Assembly: GCF_964204865.1 (NCBI RefSeq)
Contig: NC_135258.1
Coordinates: 9,796,001 to 9,860,000, forward strand
From: Styela clava
Taxonomy: Eukaryota
Direction: 5' to 3'
Length of the DNA stretch: 64,000 nt
A program made the translations under genes and the position numbers. Shown one piece after another: positions 39,266 to 52,299 of this stretch (the first letter of the stretch is position 1; every line of letters begins with the position of its first letter). A model generated the notes under the pieces. It did no database searches and was not told the origin of the DNA. It saw nothing but the letters and a program-made list of their open reading frames with translations.

Positions 39266-40288
39266 GACACACGGTTAATGATTAGGCTATATTTTTCGTA
39301 TGTTACTCGATATGCCCATTTGCATCTGTACATGGATATTAAGATATTGGAAAATGAAATTTACTTGTGAGTTTTGGATACTGTAACAAAGTGATTACTA
39401 TAAACAAACTTACAATGCAGCAGTCAAAATTATTTACTCCATTTAGATACTACAGTACCGGTACTGGTTTATGTGTTTAGTGTCGGTGTGTCATTCGCCA
39501 CAAAAAGGCTTGCATACTGGCCTCAGATTTCTAAATCTGTAGATCGCTAAAACATTTCAGCATTCGATGAACGATATTTTGCACTGATTAACTGGAATTG
39601 CGGTACCGTACTTCCGATGGGCGTAGCATACCGGTACGGTACCGAATTTAGTATATTTTATTCCTAACCCCCACCTGACTATGTTATACAAAATTACGTC
39701 ACTACGACGTCACAATCCCATCATAGAGCTTGCCAAGTATAGATACCATCGTCCGAAATGGCACCTGCGCAGACAATCCCGAACTCACTAGCCAGCGGTC
39801 TCTCGCATATCGGGATCGTTGCGACGAGAAATAGCTTGCTCGATTCCGCAAGTGCAGTTTTAAGTATTCTGTGGCATCTGCAGCTGCCGCAAAACCATGG
39901 CGGTATTTCCATACCATGGCCGCTACGGCCAAACTCATGGCAACTGACTTTTTAGCTGCCACAAACCAATGTCGAGCTGCCGTTACCGCGGCAGCAAATT
40001 GAAAACCAATGGCAGGTAAAATTTTGCTGCCGTAACCGCGGCAGGTGGGCCGTAAAGACAGGGCTGTCTATTATGGTGACAAATATTGGGTAAGTTGGAA
40101 CGTTTTTCTTATGGATACAGTTTTGATTGATTTGGGGTTAGGGTTAGGGTTTAAGTAGATATAATTCCACATGATCAATTAAAATCTGGTACATTAATTT
40201 GTGAATATACCGTTAATACTGATTACTGAATAGCGCTATAAAACCATGGCAAGAGCTGCCGCGGTTCGTTTGTGGCAGGAGCTGCCAT

Positions 40289-41888
40289 GATTCAGATTCA
40301 GATTCAGATTCAGATAATTTATTTCTATCATGCAAGAATTAACACAAAATTTAAAGCACGAAAAATTGACAAACGTGCATAATGACAATCGTAAAAAATT
40401 AAATATACACATCAGAATTCATACAAGTGAGAAATTCATAGCAATAGATAAGGAGTCGCGAAAGACTGTGACAGTCATCGAGTCAGCGACACCTATGGGC
40501 TGGAGATTTAGAGGGAATGACAAAAAAAAATTATACAAATTTAATCAATCATAATTAACAGAGAAACAAAATACCACCAGAGTAATAATACACGCGACAG
40601 CGCCCTCGTGGGGTTAAACTGTGCGTTCATGCACCGTAACAAGAAATGAATGAAGCTCGTTGCTAGCAGCGATCAAAAGCTGGTTGTTGTAGCCTACTGA
40701 GGCATATTGGATACGAAACGTAAGGACCATTTTATTAGTGGAGTAGGATCACACAAAAAATAACTGTATATGGTAACAGCAAGAATTCAAGTAAATCGGA
40801 ATTTGTACGGAACAATATCCCATCACAGTACCGGTAACAGGGCGAGGCATCAAGACCGGAAAGGTGCCGTACGTTACGGAGACTATATGAACGTCTATAT
40901 ACTGATATATACAATACGCCAGTAAAGGAAATCATATTATTTGAAAAGCAGACGGATCAAGTATATAGCCGCCTAGGTATACCTTTTTCAATGCTTGTTT
41001 GTATGCATCGTAATTCATGTTTCGAATACTATCAGCCAAAGAGTTCCATAATTTAACACCTAAATATTTTATTGAATTTTGTGTTAGTTTGGTGGTGAAA
41101 CGATGCACATAGTAAGAACCAAGGGTAGAAGACCGTGTACTATGTGAATGAATATTACTTTGCTTATAGAAATAATGAGTAAATGTGACAGGGAGTTTAT
41201 TGTTATGATGTTGATGCATCAGTTTCAGTACCTCTATTTTATGAATATCTGTCAGTTTTATAATTTGAAGTTCATGGTAGATTGGATTGAGTTGTTCGCG
41301 ACGTCCACTACCAGAAAGAGCACGGATGGCTCTATTTTGGATAATCTCGATTTGATGTAATAGAGTTCTATTGGCTGAACCCCATGCAATAATGCCATAT
41401 TGAATGTGGGTTTGGAATAGAGAATGGTAAATCATACGGAGAGTTGTTACAGGTACAAAGTGCCTAAGTTTGTACAGTATTCCAACCGATCTAGATAGTT
41501 TAGCAGCCAAGTTCATTATGTGAATATCCCATTTCAATTGGCTATCCAAAAATATGCCCAAATATTTGTAAGAACTTACATTTTCTAATCTAGTGTTGCC
41601 AATATCAATCGAAAATTTGGTGTGAGTTTTATGTTTATTTGGTGAAATAAGCATAGTTTTGGATTTGTCAACGTTTATAGATAATTTATTAGCCTTCATC
41701 CAATTAGCTACTTTTACTATTTCAGAGTTGACTCTTGAATGAAGAGCAGGGAGAGATTTGTCGCTGTCGAGGAGATTGGTGTCATCCGCGAATAATTTTG
41801 AGAAGAATGATGAACAATGGGCGAGATCGTTGATGTAGATCAAAAATAATAAAGGCCCCAAATTAGATCCTTGTGGGACCCCGTGTGT
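40289..41888 (-). mobile_element. 5'-truncated CR1/L2-group LINE with intact RT C-terminal frame
   Basis: ORF 41891-40932: GVPQGSNLGPLLFLIYINDL, FADDT, YKYLGI..D..L.W. About 610 bp of 3' UTR ends in AATAAA followed by an (ATCTGA)n tail at 40289-40315. Confidence 0.92.
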
Positions 41889-42385
41889 CACAGGTAAGAT
41901 GCACGAGTGGTAAGAAGTGGTAAGAAGTGGTAAGAACTGCGCCTCCGATTCCGGGTGATCGTCTGCGCGTTTTGGGCGACCATCCTTACACTTTGGAGGT
42001 ATTCATTACGCAACTGTGGCGTCGTAGTGACGTAATCAGGTGGGGATGATAAATAACATATACAAAAAATTTTGAACCAGGCCAACTAGAAGTGCATGTG
42101 ATACTAAACTATACCGTAGTAAAAATTTGAAAGATTTTTTTCGCGCCGAACTGTTGGAGTTGGAGTTCCTGATTTGAACCGCATAATCGTCAAAGTTTGA
42201 ATGGAGGTAATCACCAAAACTCTATTTTGGTGAATTCGATTCTATATATATTTTCACAATTTTTGACGACCGCTCCAACAAAAATCGACCGCAGTTTGGA
42301 AATGGCCTTCGATGACGTAGTACTTAGAACTCATTCCAGAATTTGCCTTCATTGCGCGTTCGCGAGTAGAGTGTTTAACCGTAGT

Positions 42386-43714
42386 ATAATAATAATAAAC
42401 ATCTTCAAGGCAATTAACAGTTTTGCAATACCAGTAGTTTTGTACAGTTTCAATATCATCAAGTGGACTAAGCAAGAAATCAAACAATTTGATACCAAAA
42501 CGAGAAAACTAATGACGATAAATAAGATACATCATCCTCGAGCAGACACTGAACGTTTGTACTTATCGCGAAGCAAGGGTGGACGAAGTCTGATTCAAAT
42601 TGAGGAAAGTTACAAAGCATCTACTGTAGGACTGAAAATATATTTGACCGAAACAGAAGATCCACTAATGCGCATCGTGCGAGATTTCGATAAAAATAAA
42701 AATAGGCGTTTCGACTCAATCTTCAATAAAACTGATGAATTTATGAAGGAAACTGGTGTTACTAATTTCTTAACTGAGAAAAAAGGTGCAAACAAGATGG
42801 CAAAAGATGTCAAGCTCAAGTATAAGAAAGAAATTGAAAAGCAGAGACTAAAAATTTGGCATGATAAACCATTGCATGGAAAATATCTCACTAGAACATG
42901 TGCACTGGATGTAAATGAACAACAAACGCATAATGGCTAAAAAGTTCAGGTCTGAAACCCACAACGGAAGGATTTATAATTGCTGCTCAGGACCAAAGTC
43001 TCCCGACCAACGCTCACAAGAATAAAATTATGAAACTAAACATTGATCCAAAATGCAGAATATGCCAATCGTTTGATGAAACCATTGACCACATTGTATC
43101 CGGGTGTAAAGTTTTGGCACCGACAGAATATACAGAAAGGCATAACAAAATCGGATCCTATTTGCACTGGAAAATTTGCAAACACTACCATATACCTACA
43201 GAAGACAGGTGGTACAATCACAAGCCTGAACCGGTAGCAGAAAATGAAACAATTTTGTGGGATTTTACTGTTCACACTGACAAAACTATAGGAGCAAATC
43301 GACCTGATATTATAGTAAAAGATTTCACAAAAAAATCCTGTCTGCTAATTGATGTAGCTATACCATCCGAAAGGAACACCTCTAAAAAAATATTTGAAAA
43401 ACTCTCAAAATACAAAGATCTAGAAATCGAGATACAAAAGATGTGGGGACTCAAAACTTCAACAATACCAGTTGTGGTGGGGGCGCTTGGACTTATCGGA
43501 AAATAATTTGAAAAATATGTCCAACATATTCCAGGAAATATAAATGCAGAACAGCTTCAAAAAACCGTTTTTCTTGGAACAGCTCACATCTTACGTAAAG
43601 TACTTTCTATCAACTGATGACCTTGGCATGACCTCAAGAACTTGGAAAGTTTCCGGTCGCCAGAAGGTTAAAATAATAACATAAAAAAAGAAACTAAGAA
43701 ATAATAATAATAAT
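42386..43714 (+). mobile_element. 5'-truncated R4-clade (Dong/Rex6-like) RLE retrotransposon, inactivated
   Basis: CRICQSFDETIDHIVSGC zinc knuckle, RHN, RPDIIVKD, KLSKYKDL, PVVVGALG and LQKTVFLGTAHILRKVL. Frameshift near 42935 and stop at 43504. (TAA)n at both junctions. Confidence 0.88.
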
Positions 43715-44127
43715 CTTTAGGGCCAGTAGTATATATTCACGGTTTAACTTCTGTTTTTGCCATTTAATCCTAGTTCCATATCACGTAGTTTTGTGAAGAT
43801 TAAAACAATAATGTAAAACCGTAAATATATACTACCGCGGTAAAACAGAAATGCTTATGCATAGGAAACTCCGACTGTGAGGGGTTACGCAGTTGGGGTT
43901 CGTTTTATGTAATGAACGTACCGGTACTGATGGTCCGTCGAAAGGCTTTGAAGAACTGATTCTATCAATCAATCATTTATTTCGTTACTCTGACATAAAA
44001 ACAACACAAAAACTGGACAAACAAACAAAATGCAGAGATACCTGGAAGGCGAGCATAACTTAAAATAAAGTTAAAAAACGTAAAAGTACGCGCCCGCCCA
44101 CCAAAAAAAATAAAAAATATTATTACA

Positions 44128-47100
44128 CAGTGGCGGCGCGTCGATAGGGCCAACCGGGGCAATGCCCCGGTTGTTTTTTCGGTACAATAAAAAATATTCG
44201 AAAAATACCTCAATATCGGTTGCACAGACTGTCTACACTAGCCATATTCTCCCGACATGGTTCATTTTTCGCTCGCAAAGCCTTCGCCGAACGTCGACGG
44301 GGCGACGCCGATTTTGCCCCGGTTGCTCATTGTATATCGTATTCTCTCTTTTATCTTCCACTCGCCGCGTTCGTCTCGTTTGTTTTCTGTTTCTTTTACT
44401 AAATCATCGGGGCTAGCCCCGAAATTATGACGACACAATGCCGACGTTTCTTCCAACAACGTGTTGACATATTCACGCATTCCTTCTCGTTCGTTGGTTG
44501 CTTGAAGAGTTGATAGTTTCCTCGCCTTCGTTTTTGTCGCTTGTTTCGCTATTTGAATCAGTTAGAGACCTTTAGTCCATTTGCTTTCGATTTTCCACAT
44601 TCCTTTTGAGCTCCTCACTTCTTTCCGGCTTCGCATTTCTTAGCCTTAGACCTCATAATGAATAAGGTTGCTGCACTACTTCGCACTCTGTTTTTGCAGC
44701 TGCCGCTGGAACAAAAATTAGAGGTACAACGTCTTGGGCCTTATCAACCAAAAAATTGTTCACTGGAACAATCCCATGACGGAGGAAAGCGTCGGCGTAC
44801 ATTCTGCGCAGAAACTTGGTATAAAAAACACGAATGGTTGTGTTACAGCGAGGACAAAAATGCACTTTTTTGTTTTTATTGCCTACTTTTTGCTACCGCC
44901 CGTGACTCACGTTGGTGTAAATTTGGTTTTAGAGATCTTAAACATCTTTCCGAGCGTGCCAGGGATCATCAATCTTCTATGGAGCATCTGGACAATGCAG
45001 TAAAATACCGAACATTCGGAAATGTTAATATTGCAGCACAGTTGAATGAAGGACGCGCGGTTTCTATTTGTCGGCACAACCAAAACGTCGAGAAAAACCG
45101 CCATGTTCTCGGTCGATTGATAGATGTTTTGAAGTTCATTGGTTGTCACGAGCTGTCCCTCCGTGGGCACGATGAACGGGCTGGCTCTTCTAATAGAGGG
45201 GTATTTTTGGATATGGTGGAATACACCGCATCCCTAGATACAGTATTGAGAGATCATCTTGATGCCGCAACTGTTTCGAAAGGGACATCTAAGGATATCC
45301 AAAATGATTTGCTCGACTCAATGTATAAAATTTATTCACAACATTTGGCTCTGGAAATTGAGAATTGCCAGTTCCTTTCGATTCAGTCTGACGAGACAAC
45401 TGACATCACGTGCGTTTCCCAACTGGCTGTGATTTTTCGGTTTGTGAAAGATGGTAAACCTACCGAGAGATTTCACAGCTTTGTACCAATCGTTGATCGC
45501 ACGGCTTGCGGGATATCGGCTGTACTGAAAGAAGTGTTACAGCCTTACAACGCGAAGTCAAAATTGATAGCTCAAACTTATGACGGCGCGGCAGTCATGA
45601 GTGGGTCGAAACATGGTGTTCAAGTTTATATAAAAGAAGATTTTCCTCATGCGCATTTTTTTACATTGTTATGCACACCAATTTATTCTCGTTATTAAAA
45701 ATATGTGTCTTGATACCCCTCTCGTCCGTATATTTTTTGCAAATGTTTCGGGGTTTTCTTCATTTTTTTCCGTTTCGCCGAAGCGCTCTGACCTCCTTCG
45801 CCAGATATGTAGCCGCCGTCTCCCAGCTTGTGCACCAACACGTTGGAACTTCCAATCACGCGTGGTGCAGGGCGTGTCCGAAATTAGGTCTGAGCTCATT
45901 GAGTGTTTCAATGGCATTCAGAGCTCTCCGGTTTGTGACGAACGCTCTGTGAGGGAGGCGGCAGGTCTAAAGCGTCTGCGAGAAGATGGTGAGTTTTCAT
46001 TTTTTCTCGCTTTTTTCTCCACAATATTCTATCACGTGGATGTATTATACGGCGCATTGCAGTCAAGGCTAATGGATGGAGCGTCTGTGCAGTCGTGTAT
46101 TTCAGACTTCTGCGATGCTGTATCTCGTATCCGGGAAACAATAAAATACGACGACACATGGAGTGCTTCTTTACGCCGCGGGCAAACAACGCAGCGTTTG
46201 ATTTTGTCTGCAAAGGAGTGCTGTGACATTCTGGTGAATCAAATAGGCGATCGTTTGCGCACTGAACACCTTGCCGCGTTCTCTATGATGAACCCCAAAA
46301 ATTTTTCAAAATTTGCACGTCAATTTCCCATCCATTTGTTGGCTACTGTCTCCAAATTTTACCCCATGATAAACGTGGGTAAATTGGAAAATGAATTGCG
46401 ATGTATATACACCAATCAAACTTTTTTGTACATCACATCAACTTGCGCGCTCTATGGGTTCCTCATAGATAACACTCTAGTAGCTACCTTTGCGGCGTCT
46501 GCAAAATTTCTGGACATCATTTTGACGACGCCTATTTCTTCCGCCGACGCAGAGCGAACATTCAGCACGCTGAAGCGTATTAAAACGTATCTCAGAAACA
46601 CAATGAAGCAAGATAGATTAAATTCCTTGGCTGTTTTATCTATTCACAGAGACGTTATTTCTGGGATGCATGACTTTAATCAGCGCGTTATTGAGCATTT
46701 TGCTTCCAAGAAACCGCGGCGTGTTGCATATATGTTCAAGCAGTAGAAGTCTAGCAGCATATATATCTATGAGTGAGCGACGCATGTCCTTATCTTTGCA
46801 TTAACTTTTCTTTCTTCATAGTAACGTTTTAAACCTTATTTTAGGTTTTGTCTGCTTTCCTGAAGTTCCTGTTAATATGTCATTGTATTTATCTGGGTAA
46901 ATATTGCCTTTCCTTTTGAAAGAGGTTTCAAAATAAACTATGTCTATATTTATTAATCCATTGACTTGGACCGGTTTTAAAGACACTTTCTTATCGTTAA
47001 AAATTGTCGCTTTTGCCGATTGGTTGTTACCGATGGAATGGTTTTTATACTCATAAAATGATGGGAGAACTTACAGCGCTCATCCTGTCCCCGTAGATGG

Positions 47101-47151
47101 GGGTGACTTGGTCCCGCAGTAGCTTGCCCCGGTTGTCAAAATGACCACGCG
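44128..47151 (+). mobile_element. Near full-length hAT transposon (ZMYM1-like/TTF-zinc-finger transposase)
   Basis: Left TIR CAGTGGCGGCGCGT and subterminal GCCCCGGTTG repeats at both ends. The right TIR is truncated after ...CCACGCG. Confidence 0.88.
44658..46746 (+). pseudogene. hAT transposase split by a single frameshift
   Basis: ORF 44658-45698 has TTF Zn finger, LRGHDE, DETTD and TYDGA; ORF 45649-46746 has HCYAH, TRW and AERTFSTLKRIK. They join across a T7 run at 45656-45662. Confidence 0.9.
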
Positions 47152-47899
47152 AAATGTAATAGACTTCTGACGACCTCTTCCGTCCAATTATGGTAATCAC
47201 CAGAATTTACCCCACATATCATATATATTATATATAAATGAAGTTGATTTTAAATATTTGAATGCAGCAAACTCTGGGTCTGGAATTCTAGATTGTGTAT
47301 TGCTAAATGAGCTAAATAGCTGTAGGAAACATCTTGCTTTCAAATACATAAAAGAATCACCAATATTTTATCAAATGTACAAACCAGATAAAAATGTACC
47401 AGATTCTAGAGTATGTTTTGACCACTTTATCTCGTTTTTCGTCTGTTCGATGAAATGTTCAGTCGAAGTATGATGCTATCAAGTAAAACTTATATATAAA
47501 GTTTATAAACCAACTTTTCACATGGTTTAGGTTTCAACTTGACCGTCTGGGCATACCGGTCAGAGTTGGATCAATTGTAATTTGTAATTGATGTAATTAG
47601 TAATTACAGTTTTTCATGTAATTGTAATGTAATTGAGGCATTTTCGGTTAGTATAATTGAGAATGTAAATGTAATTTGCTGAAATTTTGGCTCAATTACA
47701 CCAGGGCTCACCAAACTACGGCGTCCCTTCATCTGACCCGCAATAACACGAAAAAGGGCGAAATATTTTTCCATAGGGCGTTTTCCGAAAATCGCCTTCT
47801 TTTTTATTTCGTAACATTAGTCAATCAACAAGATGCGAAAAAGGGACGTAACAATATGCTTTTTCGCATCCGTTAAGACACTCATATCAGACAGATTTT

Positions 47900-48401
47900 T
47901 AGTCGTGGTTGCCAAACCTTTTTTGGCACGGAACACTTATGATTTTTATCTCGCCTCGCGGAACACCAAAAAATAAAAAGGTAAAATTGATAAAAAAAAA
48001 TGATGCGGTGCATCGATTCCCAAAGGGGTGGCGAGTTGCCAAATGCGCCGCGGAAACTAACAGAACTAAAATATGATTGAATATTTTACATATTGCATTT
48101 ATTATATTGTTCCTTATTTTAAATGCTGTGTATACGAATCAACAAATTCATTTCACATTTTTATACTCACGGTTAACGAAAATGCCACTACCCTCAAAAA
48201 GTTAGTCCGCTTTAGGTCGACGGTGACGCGATATTGAACGGTCACCAGTTAGTCTTCACCAAAGTGACTATAGTCTTATAGTCACTTTGGTCTTCACGAT
48301 CCCGACCAATTAAGTTGTAATTTCGACCTCTTTTCCACCTAACAAACGGAAGACGCTTGTGAAACACTATCGTTCCGCGGAACACAGTTTGAGAAACGCT
48401 G
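47900..48401. mobile_element. Charlie-like hAT MITE remnant
   Basis: GTGGTTGCCAAACCTTTTT...GGAACAC at the left end. GGAACACAGTTTGAGAAACGCTG at the right end, followed by GACTAGAG. Confidence 0.5.
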
Positions 48402-48625
48402 GACTAGAGAGAAGATGAGATTCCCAGTTCAACCTTGTGTAATTTTTAAAATAAGAGAAACGTTTGGCTCGATTCAGAAATAAAATTGGCCGTGGATATC
48501 AATGAATATATTCATACAGAGGCTTGTTTGGAATGAAATGCCTGGAATGACAAAGCACACCTTTCGAGGTCAACGCAATATTCATAACACGCGGCTTCAA
48601 ATAATGGATATTCGTGAGAAAACAT

Positions 48626-48934
48626 TTATTGACATGAATGAATTACATATGATGAAAACTTGTGATCGCTTGCTGAAATGAGAATTCCAGAGCTTGGGCC
48701 CAGTAGTGCATTCTGGCTCACAGATTTACTCATAAAAGGTATGAACAAATTGGAACTACTTCTTTGATTGGGAGTAGTTTTGGTTAGTATGTCGTCGAAG
48801 CAGTTTGGCCGGGAATTGTTATGGAAATCATAGACTAAGGATAACACTTTAAATTTCATTATATCTTCAACTTTGAGTATATCTAGCATTTTATAGTGAT
48901 GGTTTACACTTTCACGTTTACTTTTCCTAAACAC
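48626..48934 (-). mobile_element. Old LINE ORF2 3' fragment
   Basis: YKMLDILKVEDIMKFKVLSLVYDFHNN parallels YHELQIIKLTDIHKIEVLKLMHQHHNN in the LINE at 41 kb. Confidence 0.65.
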
Positions 48935-50255
48935 AAACCCTCCCCAGCCGGTCGTTCTGGTGCCATTTTACTTGGTTTTTTTTTTTGTAAACCATTAGGC
49001 CCTGAAGCTTCACTCATGGCCTTTTATTAGCGTGTGATAGAGCTCTTTTCAGCAATATATGTACAACGCACTCATCTAAAAAAACATTTTTTTACGCCAA
49101 AATTTCTATTGAACTTGCGAGATTTTGTGCCGAGTAGAGGGTTAACAATTATTCCTAATTAATTAATGTTTATTTCAACGTTTTCTTGTGTTAAACAACA
49201 CCAAAATCACTATTATAGGAAGAATGGTTAGTCTAAAATTCACGATTGTATTTACAGAATTTTTAAGTTCAAGGCTTCAATTGACAATTTTGATGACGTC
49301 ACACCTCTGATTATTACTGCACACGCCCCCCTCAATGCAAAAAAAATGTTACTTTTTTCGACGGAAATGCGCGTAGAAAGACGTAAACATTCTAATGCGC
49401 GCCGCTACGCGTGAAAATTACCATTAATTTTACGTTTTTTCACGTTTAAAAAATCTCGATACCTCTGCCAAGTATGGTGCAGTCGAAATCATATTTATCA
49501 AAACATCACAGTCCCAGGGATGATATGTATGACTGAAAATACATGCTAAACGAATAATAAGTCATTATAAAGGAATGATAATGATTGATTTTCTGTCTGA
49601 GTCGCGTTAACAATTTCACACATGTGACTGGCAATTTTGAAATCCACGGTATTTATACGATTCTCACCTTGCGTCAAGGCTGAATTCTCTTTTTTCCTGA
49701 AATATACGACTCTACTATAGAACATTAACTGTAAAACACCATTTAGAAAGAGAGAGAGAGAGTTATTTTTTCGTCAACCAAAAATAACAGTCATCGTGAT
49801 AATAACAAAAATAACAATAAGAAATAAATTAGTTTGGTATAGACAGGAGGAAGTGATACGACCAGACCGTCATCAAAGTCAACTCCCCCCCTTCAAGCTA
49901 TTATGTTTAAGATCCACAGTTTCAGATGACTAAAATATTGGGGAGGAACATTCTAGAATTTAAAATTATATTCTCAAAATGGAAGAATAAAATTGGGGAG
50001 GGGAATGCTAGAGTAAATCATTTTTATTTATTTATGTGGAGCGGGATTACAAAATCTGAAGAGATTCCAAAGGTTACTGAATGAATTTAAATAATTTATT
50101 CGCATATGTGATGAATTAGCAGAAATGCTTCATTTCATGGCATAGGTACGCATTGAAGATGTAACGAACATGATCTGCTTTGATTTGTCTAGTTAGGAGG
50201 GGAAAAATAGTTAATAGGACCTAACAAGCATTATTTCAGCATAATATTCAACATA

Positions 50256-50280
50256 TCTCTCTCTCTCTCTCTCTCTCTCT
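50256..50280. repeat. (CT)n microsatellite upstream of FGFR
   Basis: About 12 TC units seen directly. Confidence 0.9.
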
Positions 50281-52299
50281 GCTTCGGAAATCAAACAACG
50301 TCATCAACGGGATATACTAATTTGCGTTCGATTCCAGCAAGGTCGAGTTTTAACAATTTCTTGCAAACCAAGTCCATTTTATGCAAACGGTGAACGCAAA
50401 AAAACTCGAAAGGTAATATTATATAGAATAAAATTTGCCACAAAAATGTTTGCGTGATTACCCACGTTTAAGCTGTGCACTAGCGCCCTCGTGCGTACAG
50501 TGTAAACTTAGATGGAATGCAATCTGGCATTATTTCAGTGACTTACTGCTGTTATGCGCGCTGTGTTGTTTCCATTTTTCCATTGCAGTAACGGGTTCAG
50601 AGTTTGTGGTTTCAGTTTTCATAGACTGTAGATTAGCTATCAAAGCGCATACTGTATACTACACCGGTAGCCTAGATTGTATAATATTGCACTATTTTCC
50701 AATCAAATACATTTATTGAAATGTACCATGTGAAACGCCTGAGTAAGGACTGCCGTCAATATTCATGTTTGTGTTTGTGACTCGTTTTCTTTCGTCTTTG
50801 ATAAGTGAACGCGTTTAATACGTTTTAAACCTATTTTATTAGGTTTTGTTCACTTTCCAGATTCTTCGCCTTAATCTTTTGTGTATATGATATATGTTTA
50901 TTTTGTTTTTGCGAATGAATCGAAATAAAATTTTATCTTATCCCAAATAACTGAACTAGTATATATTGTTATTAAGGGTCTAGTGTAGATTAAATTCTGA
51001 AATTTTGGAAAATAATTGTTAATGTTATCTAGCGCAAGTCGATACCGTATTTCCCGGCGAATAAATCTACTCGACAAATAAGACGAGGTCAGTTTTGACG
51101 CCTGAAAAACAGGTTTTTGCTTACAACCTGCCAATAAGAGGTACCGGTACCGGTAGTAAAATCACATCAACATCGGAATCTCAAATTACCGTACCATATA
51201 AAGGCTTTTGAGCGGTCGCCGCCTTTGTGCATTGGTTGAAATAGACCATAACGACTTTTTTGTATAGCGTAATATTCAATTCATAACAACTACTGGAATT
51301 CAAACTGTCTTTCTATTTCAATCTAATTGTTTTCAACGTAACTCGCTACCGGTATGGGATGCTATCGTCGAAGGTATTTTATGGTCCGAATTGAATAATA
51401 AGGCGACACCGAATAAAAAAAGGAAATTATCATATTCGCCTAAAAAGACGACCCCCCCCAAAATCAGGCCAAAAATTTGGATGAAGAAAAGCGACTTATT
51501 CGTCGGTAAATACGGTAATTAAAAATTTTCAAGTTGTAAATTGTAATATTGATAAATGCGACTTTTTGCATTGCGTCTGTTGAAATTTCCATGCACTGAT
51601 GCACTCTCGAAAATAAATTGATTGTTTCAAATTTAATTCAACTATAAATTGCACCATAACCCTGCTATATACAGTAGATACTGATATACTGTAAGGCATT
51701 AAAAGCTGAATATGGGAATATGTGCAAAATAATAAACACTCTTTTATCATTTTTTCTGCTAGTGGCTTTTTACTGTATTATTCCAGTATTCTCTGGTAGC
51801 CTATATGTTGCCTTTTTCTTGTGATCTTGGGTATAAAAATGCAATATCTCGACTTACTAACACAAAAATGAGTCTATTCGGGCAATTGAACTTTTGATTA
51901 TGCCAGTATGTCCGTACGTAGTATTTGATTTAAAGAATCCCAGCCAAGATTGTTCAATTCACCATAAAGATTCATTGAATTGTAACTAGTCGGATAAATT
52001 TCACTTGATGCCCTAATGATGATAATTGTTTATAATTATGATATGATTTCTAATTTAGCGACATGACATCTGTATTTAGAAAATAAACCCAAAGCATTAA
52101 AGGGAGTCGATAATACAGTAATATCTGACCACTTGAATGCAAGACATAACTGTATAATAGCCTACATCTTTTTACTGATTTATTAAAATTAAATTATATT
52201 CATCAAATTATAGATGTCTCATATCACTTAATACATATTTAGCATATATGTGAACAACAAAGCTATAAAAGAGTGAAGATTTTGAACAAATTGAAAAAA

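Noticed and set aside
40134-40152. GGGTTAGGGTTAGGG telomere-like tract (also ~15143)
   Set aside because: Only 2-3 units embedded in MITE-like sequence; not a telomere or a meaningful interstitial array.
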